Of a stretch of 64,000 nt of DNA, positions 56,897-64,000 are shown in pieces. The first letter of the stretch is position 1. Each line of letters opens with the position of its first letter. The stretch lies in the NCBI GenBank assembly GCA_012797845.1, contig JAAZOH010000040.1:57072-121071 (forward strand), in the 5' to 3' direction. The notes beneath the pieces are model-generated. The model did no database searches. It was not told the DNA's origin and was given only the letters and a program-made list of their open reading frames with translations. The position numbers were made by a program, and so were the translations under genes. The DNA is from Candidatus Beckwithbacteria bacterium. GTDB taxonomy: Bacteria; Patescibacteriota; Microgenomatia; UBA1400; UBA1449.

Positions 56897-57982
56897 CTAC
56901 AAACTCACTTCGGCTTGGATAAATTGATCCAGATTACCATCCAAAACACCATCTGGATCAGAAGTTTCAACTCTGGTCCGTAAATCTTTAACCATTTTAT
57001 ACGGATGAAGTACATAAGACCGGATTTGATTACCCCAACCATGCGTTTTATGCTCACCTTTAACAGCTGCTACTTGTTGTTGTTGTTGTTGCTCCTCCAA
57101 ATCCCACAACTTGGCTTGCAAAAGTTGCATCGCTATTTTGCGGTTTTGGGTCTGGGTTCGCTGAGTCTGACATTCCACGGTAATCCCAGTCGGAAGATGT
57201 TTAAGCCGAACTGCGGTAGAAACTTTGTTAACATTTTGGCCACCATGACCGCCAGACCGAAAAGCTTCAAAGCTAATATCTTCCGGCTTGATATCAAGCT
57301 GCGTTGTTTCTTCCATAATAGGCAGTATCTCTACGCCAGCAAAAGAAGTTTGACGCAAGTTATCAGCATTAAAAGGGGACAAGCGGACTAGTCGATGCAC
57401 TCCTTGCTCGTGTTTTAGGTAGCCATAAGCAAATCTGGCTTCAATTAAATAGGTGACACTTTTAATACCGGTTTCCTCACCTGGTCGCAGATCTATCAAG
57501 ATAGCTTTCCATTCTTTTTTTTCAAAATAGCGCATATACATGCGCTGGAGCATGGCTGCCCAATCACAAGCTTCAGTTCCTCCCTGGCCAGCATGAATCG
57601 ACAAAAAAGCAGCTCCTTTATCATATGTTCCAGAAAAATACGTTTGGATTTCCAGCTTTTTGAGAATGGTTTCAGCTTTGACTAAATCTGTTTCTAACAG
57701 TTTTTGATCATCTTGGGAAAGATCGTCTCCCACCATTTCCAGATTTTCTAAACCTTCAACAAGCAATTTTTTGACTAAATCAATTTGCTCTATATCTTCC
57801 CTAAGCTGATCCAGGTTTTGCATTTTTTGTTGGGCAGCTTGGGAATCCTGCCAAAAATCAGGAGCACTAGCTTCTGCTTCCAATTTTGCAAGCTCCAGTT
57901 TCATAGCTGACAAATCAAGCTTGTCGATTAAAATATTGGCTTTTTGATTAAGATCTTGGAATTTATCTGATAATTCACTCAT
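56897..57982 (-). CDS. prfB: Peptide chain release factor 2, encoded as a single uninterrupted ORF.
   Basis: The SPF tripeptide (RLSPFNAD) identifies it as RF2-specific. GGQ is present ([11 protein letters not shown]). The 361-aa ORF is full-length from ATG and has no frameshift site. Confidence 0.85.
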   Translation of the reverse strand: MSELSDKFQDLNQKANILIDKLDLSAMKLELAKLEAEASAPDFWQDSQAAQQKMQNLDQLREDIEQIDLVKKLLVEGLENLEMVGDDLSQDDQKLLETDLVKAETILKKLEIQTYFSGTYDKGAAFLSIHAGQGGTEACDWAAMLQRMYMRYFEKKEWKAILIDLRPGEETGIKSVTYLIEARFAYGYLKHEQGVHRLVRLSPFNADNLRQTSFAGVEILPIMEETTQLDIKPEDISFEAFRSGGHGGQNVNKVSTAVRLKHLPTGITVECQTQRTQTQNRKIAMQLLQAKLWDLEEQQQQQQVAAVKGEHKTHGWGNQIRSYVLHPYKMVKDLRTRVETSDPDGVLDGNLDQFIQAEVSL

Positions 57983-58016
57983 GAAGCTATTTTAACATCA
58001 TCCTGCTTACGCGTCT

Positions 58017-58457
58017 TTAATCTTCCTCCAGCCAGTCTTTACAAATTTGTTGGTACATTTCTTTCCGTAGCTCTTTTTTGATCTCCTCTACTTTCTCAGC
58101 TGGTAGGTCTTTTACATCCTGTAATTTTTCATTAACTTTTTTCTCAACTGCATCTGAAGCAGCTTGTGATGGGTCATCACTTTTTGCTAAATCAGTAATA
58201 GTTTCAGAAATTGGTAAGTCGGCTTGTTCGACTTGATTGGCAAAATCAATCGTGGTTTGAGTAATAGCTGGTCCCAAGCTACCGGCTTTATCCCAAGTTG
58301 TTCCTAAAACCTGTCCAAAAACCGGCATTCTTCTAGCCGGATTAATCACCATGTCTTCAAGTTGGCTAGGGAAAAACAAGCGGCCAATAGCTATGCCTCC
58401 AAGAATAAATAATAGGATGTTTTTGAAAAAAAACTGAACTACTTTGGGAAGCTTCAT
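58017..58457 (-). CDS. Hypothetical membrane-anchored protein.
   Basis: 146 aa with an N-terminal TM helix. Confidence 0.25.
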   Translation of the reverse strand: MKLPKVVQFFFKNILLFILGGIAIGRLFFPSQLEDMVINPARRMPVFGQVLGTTWDKAGSLGPAITQTTIDFANQVEQADLPISETITDLAKSDDPSQAASDAVEKKVNEKLQDVKDLPAEKVEEIKKELRKEMYQQICKDWLEED

Positions 58458-58462
58458 ACAAG

Positions 58463-58939
58463 CTAGTATACAGCCTCAGCTATAGACATGGGAGCAATAC
58501 TTTGGTCAACAAATTGCAAATCTATTCGAAAAGATTTAAAAGGAACTTGGCCAATAGTTTGATTTACATAGAAACGGTTACCATTAGCTTGACTTAATTG
58601 ACCTAAGTCAACATCTCCATCCTCCATAATTCCAATGAGATGATAGCTGGTATCAGTTTGAACCTGGTCTAAATCAATTGCAGCCTCAATATACTGATTG
58701 CTATTTGCATAACGAATAGTAATGTCACCAATTTTTTGTGATGAAGCAAGAGATATGACTTCTAAAACTTTGGTTCCAAATGGATCTTTAGATGTTTCAG
58801 CAAGATATATATTGGCTTGTTGTGAGGTTCGGCTTTTTACCCAGATTCCCCCAACCGCAGTAAAAATTATGGTTAAAAATATAATAAAAACAATTTGATA
58901 TTTACTCATAGTTTTACTTTCCACCTGACCAAAAAGCAA
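58463..58939 (-). CDS. Hypothetical membrane-anchored protein.
   Basis: 158 aa with an N-terminal TM helix. Confidence 0.25.
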   Translation of the reverse strand: MLFGQVESKTMSKYQIVFIIFLTIIFTAVGGIWVKSRTSQQANIYLAETSKDPFGTKVLEVISLASSQKIGDITIRYANSNQYIEAAIDLDQVQTDTSYHLIGIMEDGDVDLGQLSQANGNRFYVNQTIGQVPFKSFRIDLQFVDQSIAPMSIAEAVY

Positions 58940-60137
58940 AATTATTACCTACTTGATCAAGTGGTAGGATTTTTTGAGATGATAACTGCCATAAGCCAGT
59001 GCTTTCTTGGCAATGAGTTTTATTCTGATACTTAATTAAAGCAAATTTTTGATCAGCCGAAAAGAGATATTGATTAAATTCAATCGGAAAACTAGTCAAA
59101 TAAGCCGGAGAACTAAAACTCTGATTTTTTTCTAGCTTGCCATTTTTAAGGGCATATACATAGAGCTGATGGCTTTTAATTTCATTATGGGTATCGCTAC
59201 CTGCAAAACAATCTTTTATAAAATCAATTTGGATTCCTTCTTCTTCCTCTATGGCTATCTGATCATGTGCGCTAATACCTCTAAATATCCCCATATCTAA
59301 ACTATCACTTATTTTCCCAGTCCCAATATCAAATACCGACATCCCTTGCTGGCCAGTAAAAACAATATGTTGGTTATCTTGTGAAAAAGCTATAGCCACA
59401 TCATTAACCACCACCTTGGGAAATAAATTGACGCTCTCTACTCCGTTGACAATGACCGCTAAAGCCGTTGGTTCACTGCCTTTGTTCGGTTCAATATTTT
59501 GATATGTAAACCCAATAAAATTAGCATCCGGACTAATAAAGGGCACATAAACCGTCATTGTCAAATTACTGGTCAGTTTTTTTAAATTAAAATCAATCAA
59601 ACTATAACGGTATAAAGCCCGGCGACGATAATTATCCCGAGCATCACGATCGGAAGTAAAAAGAATATATTCCCCACTAGCAGCTACAACAGGAGGAGTT
59701 TCAACTCCAAAACTACCATCATTTTTTTCTAAAGGGACATAATATTTTTCAAAATGTTGACCATTTTGGATATAGAGCTTATCAAAAACAAAGCTACGAC
59801 CAATAGTCTTTTTTTGCCAAAAATAAATCCGACCATCTGCTAGCATTCCTGGATAATACATTTCTGTACCTTTAATAAGAACTGTTTTGCTTTTGGCATC
59901 TGGGCTAAGCGCAAATAGGTTTTGGTTATCGGTAAAAATAATACTGTTGCCAATATCACTGGCATCTATAGTCACCTGGCTTACTTCATGCAAAACTGGC
60001 TCGGTAATGGGTTCTTCTTGTTCTTGCTTGCGTTCTGGCACATAGCCCTTACGATTTAAAGCAATAACAACCAAAACAAAAATAAGTACGCTACCAATGC
60101 CAAAAATATATTGTTTTAATTTGATTTTTTGTCTCAT
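58914..60137 (-). CDS. Membrane-anchored beta-propeller (TolB/PD40-like) protein.
   Basis: Start trimmed to MRQKIKLKQYIFGIGSVLIFVLVV (a TM helix). Repeated ...SPDG/ISPDANFIGF... segments resemble PD40 blades. There is a 4-nt ATGA overlap with the upstream gene. Confidence 0.4.
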   Translation of the reverse strand: MRQKIKLKQYIFGIGSVLIFVLVVIALNRKGYVPERKQEQEEPITEPVLHEVSQVTIDASDIGNSIIFTDNQNLFALSPDAKSKTVLIKGTEMYYPGMLADGRIYFWQKKTIGRSFVFDKLYIQNGQHFEKYYVPLEKNDGSFGVETPPVVAASGEYILFTSDRDARDNYRRRALYRYSLIDFNLKKLTSNLTMTVYVPFISPDANFIGFTYQNIEPNKGSEPTALAVIVNGVESVNLFPKVVVNDVAIAFSQDNQHIVFTGQQGMSVFDIGTGKISDSLDMGIFRGISAHDQIAIEEEEGIQIDFIKDCFAGSDTHNEIKSHQLYVYALKNGKLEKNQSFSSPAYLTSFPIEFNQYLFSADQKFALIKYQNKTHCQESTGLWQLSSQKILPLDQVGNNFAFWSGGK

Positions 60138-61297
60138 ACACTCGGATGATCTTTGCGCCAATATAAATAAATCATACCAGTTGCTGCTGATAAAATAGCA
60201 ATTCGGTATAAAAAGCCAATAACTGGCATAAATCCTAATAGTAAATAAACTATTATGCCAGTTATGAGTGCCCAACCTCGGCGTTCACCAAGACCTAAAC
60301 TTTGGAGCAAAAAACGACCAACCAATAAGCTGCCAAGAATTTTTGCCAAAAATAGTAATACCCAATAAAGCAAAGCGGTAATAATCGCAAATGGAATTCC
60401 TAAAATAGTAATTACCAGCAATGCAATCAGCAACGGAATTACAATGAGAATTAGCAATCCTTTACCAAAAAGGTGTACGTAATTAAGCTCTAAAGTGCTC
60501 AACATATCACCAAACTGTTTAGGAAAGATTTTTAGAAGAATTAATCCTAAAACCAATGCAAACATTGCCTCAATAGCTCTGCCAACCATAAAAACCTGAT
60601 TTATTATCCTACCAACATTATGAACTCGAACTGGATTAAATTTATAACGATATAGTTGGTCTGGAATGTAGCGAATTTCTCCGGAAATACTAGCTTGTGG
60701 AGCAATAGTAGCTTTATTGGGTGAGCGATAGGTCAAGCTTTTAGCTGAAAAATCAGGCTCAACTGTAATAGTTTGAGCAGTAATATCCCAATTATCTTGA
60801 CCAAGACTATCAGCCAAAACTGAACCAGCTGCTACCACTACTTTGCCATCGATTTGACCAAAAATTTCAGTTTGTCCGGCTGCAACCACTAAAGACCGAT
60901 GTAAATGGGCATTTGAACCAATTCTGATTTGGCCACCAAGAGCGGTCACATTACCTAAAACTTCACCATTAATAGAAACAGTTCCTCCCAAAACCCGCAC
61001 ATCTTGTTCAACTACACCTTGAATTTCAACTTTACCACCAGCCACAAGAAGATCTCCTTGTACAACGCTATCTATATACACATCGCCCCCTCCTAAATAA
61101 GCATCATCAGTAATGGTTTTACCAATAACATGAACTGACTTGGCTCCTTCGAGAAAAATTCCTTCATGAGTATTTTCTTGAGTTGTCTCCATTTGAGCAG
61201 CCACATTTTGAGCCGCAACTGGAGATGGCAATAAAAGTAATACAATAGCAATAATAATTTGGGAAATTTTTATCATATATAAATCTTTTTTGTCCAC
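60134..61297 (-). CDS. Bactofilin-like (DUF583, polymer-forming) domain fused to a C-terminal polytopic membrane domain.
   Basis: GDVYIDSVVQGDLLVAGGKVEIQGVVEQDVRVLGGTVSINGEVLGNVTALGGQIRIGS is the repetitive beta-helix motif of bactofilins. The C-terminal ~160 aa contain 5-6 TM helices. Confidence 0.5.
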   Translation of the reverse strand: MDKKDLYMIKISQIIIAIVLLLLPSPVAAQNVAAQMETTQENTHEGIFLEGAKSVHVIGKTITDDAYLGGGDVYIDSVVQGDLLVAGGKVEIQGVVEQDVRVLGGTVSINGEVLGNVTALGGQIRIGSNAHLHRSLVVAAGQTEIFGQIDGKVVVAAGSVLADSLGQDNWDITAQTITVEPDFSAKSLTYRSPNKATIAPQASISGEIRYIPDQLYRYKFNPVRVHNVGRIINQVFMVGRAIEAMFALVLGLILLKIFPKQFGDMLSTLELNYVHLFGKGLLILIVIPLLIALLVITILGIPFAIITALLYWVLLFLAKILGSLLVGRFLLQSLGLGERRGWALITGIIVYLLLGFMPVIGFLYRIAILSAATGMIYLYWRKDHPSV

Positions 61298-61540
61298 TTT
61301 TTTAAAACGCAGCTATCAAGAAGCTGTTTTGTGAATTCCTTAATAAAGTGTCTTCTGCATTCCTCTGAGGGAAGCTTAGAAGACATAAATAAACAAAACA
61401 GATTCCTGAAGACCGTTTTATAAAGTGGCAGTTTCTTTTTGCCTATTTCCTTTGCTGTCAAAGAAAATAGGCTATTAAAATATTTATTCTAAAAAATTAG
61501 TTATATTTATAGTAATCGACTCCAGCATTTCAGTCTAGAT

Positions 61541-63262
61541 TTAGTTGAAGGTAAAAACTTGATCCTGATCAAGCCAACGTTTTGCCTGCATAGTTTTACC
61601 ATTTTCAATCAATTCAACGCTGTACCAAAAGCCTGGAATTCCTGACTGTTTTACTACCGTAAGCTGATATGGATAGTTTTGATTTTTAGGTAAAACATAT
61701 GACAAAGAAACAGTGCTTTGCTGCTGAAAAGAAACGGGCACAAAAAATCCCAATTCCTGCAACCCCTCATCAATTCTAACTTTTCGACTCAAATCGGCGG
61801 CGGCAATTGCCTGACCATCAACTTGGACTTGAGGTAATTTAGCTTGAGCAGGCAGTAAAATTCTAAGGTAATTTTTATAGTTTCCGCCCCAAAATTTAGG
61901 AGGCTGAGGATTAGCCGCAATACTGTGATTTTCAACAAGATAGTCAACTGAAACCTGATAAGCTTTTTCTTGCTGAGTCACAATTTGTGTAGCTCCCCGC
62001 ATAATGCAACAATTGGCTTTATTAGCCCCTAAATTAGCCTCCACAAAAAAGAGGTAGTCTGAGCTCACCCTATCATCTTTTGGTAGCTTTAATTCACCAG
62101 ACCAACCCTGAGCTCGAGCCCAAGCTTGAAGGGTTTGATCTTTAAAATAAAATTGGATATTTTTTTGTTTTAAATGTTTAGCTATGACATCTAAAATCTG
62201 TACTAGTTGATCAGCACTTGCATGTGAGGCTGCAAAAAATAACTGCTTAGATAGAGCTTGCAAAAAATCTTTTTTTTGGGTTGAGCCAGGGAAAAAATCA
62301 CGTTCAGCTTCATATTGGGCAATACTATAGATATTGTCGCCGGTAATTTCTTGGCCATAATCAGCAACCTTAATTGGGCCCAAGATATCTACAACATCTT
62401 CCAAAACTTCTAGATTTAAGCCAATAATGCCGTCACCAGGATCAACCCCTCCTTTTTCAAAAAACCAGGTCATGGTTTCGCTGGCTTTAGCAAAATTAGG
62501 ATCCCAGTTACTATCTCGTAATCGCCACCACCCCTGACCAAAAGCTTCCTGAATCGGTTCTGGCGGATTCACATGCCCGGCAATCGCCCCATCAGGCACA
62601 TAAATATCTTGAACTAAGTAATTAGTAAGTCTGGCTTTTTGAAACGTTAACTGGCCATAAGATCCGATAAAACCGCCCGTTGGCCTAATTTCCCGATTAT
62701 TTTGCAGTAAAACAGTATATTTTTTAGGCTCCCAAAACCCTAAAAATTGCGGCGCAATTTGCATAAAACTTTGGATTGTTCCTTGGTAAGTTTCTAATTC
62801 GGTCAATTTTTGAGTTAATGCGTTGAGGTTTTTTTCTTTTCCAGTTATTGAAGCCAAGAAACGAATAGTGGGATCAGTTAGTATATGCTGCATTTCTTCA
62901 AACTTATTTAGGAGAGTTGTAGTAGCTTGGGATAATGCTCGCCAAGCTGTTTCATTTTGAGCTTCAGGATTATCTAACACATTGCTAAAAAAAGTTTCAC
63001 TACTGTCTTTTACTTTTTTAAGCTCCAAGCTTATGTTGCTAATTTGATATATTGTCGTAAATGGAGCAAAACCAATGGGAGTTTTTTGGGTCCAAACTGT
63101 AGCTATTTGTAATATTTTTGCCTGATTGGCAGCTTTATCCAGAGAACCATTTTCCAGATTTTTTAAAAACCAAATACCCAAAACTACAACTGTCAATACA
63201 TAAAGAGCTACTACACCTACTATCGAAATAAAACCTATAAAGAATACTTTTTTTCTGGACAT
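61541..63262 (-). CDS. Large N-terminally membrane-anchored extracytoplasmic protein of unknown function.
   Basis: 573 aa with a single N-terminal TM helix. No catalytic motif was recognised. Confidence 0.3.
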   Translation of the reverse strand: MSRKKVFFIGFISIVGVVALYVLTVVVLGIWFLKNLENGSLDKAANQAKILQIATVWTQKTPIGFAPFTTIYQISNISLELKKVKDSSETFFSNVLDNPEAQNETAWRALSQATTTLLNKFEEMQHILTDPTIRFLASITGKEKNLNALTQKLTELETYQGTIQSFMQIAPQFLGFWEPKKYTVLLQNNREIRPTGGFIGSYGQLTFQKARLTNYLVQDIYVPDGAIAGHVNPPEPIQEAFGQGWWRLRDSNWDPNFAKASETMTWFFEKGGVDPGDGIIGLNLEVLEDVVDILGPIKVADYGQEITGDNIYSIAQYEAERDFFPGSTQKKDFLQALSKQLFFAASHASADQLVQILDVIAKHLKQKNIQFYFKDQTLQAWARAQGWSGELKLPKDDRVSSDYLFFVEANLGANKANCCIMRGATQIVTQQEKAYQVSVDYLVENHSIAANPQPPKFWGGNYKNYLRILLPAQAKLPQVQVDGQAIAAADLSRKVRIDEGLQELGFFVPVSFQQQSTVSLSYVLPKNQNYPYQLTVVKQSGIPGFWYSVELIENGKTMQAKRWLDQDQVFTFN

Positions 63263-63475
63263 AGCGCTACCAAGAATGTGTTTTTATGATATCATTCAAA
63301 ATAGATTAGGCTCATTGCAAAATAAAAAATGTTACAAAAACGAAGAATTTTTGTTCAATTTTCTAGGAAATTAAACCGATAGTACTTAATGTACTTGAGG
63401 TGTTAAGTGACAAAGAAAATTGACAAAAAGACAAGTTAGTGTGCGTTTGCTTATTTTGCAATAAGTCTAGTTATT

Positions 63476-64000
63476 ATGGCTACTGTTATCATTTCATTTC
63501 TAAAAGATATAGGCAAGACACTCCTAAAACTCATTCGCAGCTTATTGCTGAATGTGATTGTTTTAGGTTTAATCTTTTTCTTGCTATTCATACTTATTAC
63601 AGCTGTAATACCTCAGAGTCAAACCGGCTTAGGCTATTTTAAAGAACAAGTGGTTCGTAATGAAGGCGGTGAGGCTAAAATTGCAGTCATTCCTCTTTCT
63701 GGTTTAATTTTGTCAGATAATGCTACTGATTTACTATCTGCTGGTTCTGAAATTATTTCTCCAACCAAAGTCCGTAATGCCCTTTTGCAAGCTCAAGCCG
63801 ATCCAATGACTAAAGCAGTGATTTTTGATCTCAATTCGCCAGGCGGTTCGCCGGTTGCTTCTGATCGGATTTTTGAAGAAGTTGTCAATTTTAAGCGTCA
63901 AACTAAAATTCCGGTTGTTTTTCTGCTCGGTGATTTGGCAGCTTCTGGTGGATACTATATTGCTTCATCAGCTGACTTTATTGTAGCTAATCCAGCCACA
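63476..64000 (+). CDS. sppA: Signal peptide peptidase SppA (S49 family). Only the N-terminal part is in the window; the gene continues beyond the window end.
   Basis: I translated the ORF manually from the ATG at 63476. It runs open to the window end and is absent from the ORF track because no stop falls inside the window. It has an N-terminal TM helix, then ...IAVIPLSGLI...AVIFDLNSPGGSPVASD...LGDLAASGGYYIASSADFIVANPA, which are S49 signatures. Confidence 0.7.
   Translation, partial: MATVIISFLKDIGKTLLKLIRSLLLNVIVLGLIFFLLFILITAVIPQSQTGLGYFKEQVVRNEGGEAKIAVIPLSGLILSDNATDLLSAGSEIISPTKVRNALLQAQADPMTKAVIFDLNSPGGSPVASDRIFEEVVNFKRQTKIPVVFLLGDLAASGGYYIASSADFIVANPAT

Noticed and set aside
56897-57982. 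Programmed +1 frameshift in prfB.
   Set aside because: The RF2 ORF is continuous for 361 codons from its ATG, with an intact N-terminal domain. No in-frame early UGA or CUU-UGA-C shifty site is needed. Many bacteria lack the frameshift, so this is not anomalous.
61298-61540. Hairpin tgtcttct...agaagaca and other partial palindromes in the spacer upstream of the bactofilin-like gene.
   Set aside because: It is an imperfect, AT-rich single stem with no T-run and no recurrence elsewhere. This is consistent with an ordinary promoter or UTR region.

Overview
This is a low-GC (~35-40% by eye), gene-dense bacterial chromosomal segment, mostly transcribed on the minus strand. No rRNA, tRNA, CRISPR array, transposase or integrase could be supported. 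The gene content is what is typically seen in small-genome, Patescibacteria/CPR-like or Firmicutes-like organisms, but that placement is an inference, not a measurement.

Three themes dominate.

(1) Cell-envelope glycan and glycoprotein synthesis takes up most of the window, in two large loci.
- Locus 1 (~494-19439): Wzx-like flippase, several GT2 polyprenol-phosphate sugar synthases, several GT-C (ArnT/PMT/YfhO-like) membrane transferases, two tandem GDP-mannose 4,6-dehydratase paralogs, UDP-glucose 6-dehydrogenase, and rmlB, rmlC and rmlD. rmlA sits separately at 23811-24548.
- Locus 2 (~36475-51462): a GH5-like hydrolase, two GT-C membrane proteins, a PIG-L deacetylase, GT4, GT2, a kinase/nucleotidyltransferase pair, galE, a VanZ-like protein, and a 1536-aa GT2-GT2-flippase-GT4 fusion protein.

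(2) A surface-fibre locus at 28286-36368 encodes three TasA/CalY-like proteins. Two of them carry the SipW-cognate AYFSDTETS signal peptide. The same locus holds an archaeal-type signal peptidase (SipW-like), a sortase with an LAxTG (LADTG) substrate, and a lamin-tail-domain (LTD) secreted protein.

(3) Housekeeping genes are also present: mscL, trmD, a NUDIX hydrolase, rarA, ftsE, ftsX plus an M23 peptidase, prfB and sppA.

The most unusual object is a ~1.45 kb GC-rich non-coding island at ~25930-27385. It is densely packed with hairpins and lies in a ~1.78 kb divergent intergenic gap. It contains tandem two-hairpin units, long-range nested helices and a three-way junction. I take it to be a candidate large structured RNA that I cannot assign to any known family from sequence alone.

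A second recurring signal is a family of short palindromic MITE/REP-like elements built around a GTCATYC...GRATGAC core, with three to four intergenic copies. One copy supplies the first ATG of the listed flippase ORF and another supplies the stop codon of the NUDIX gene.
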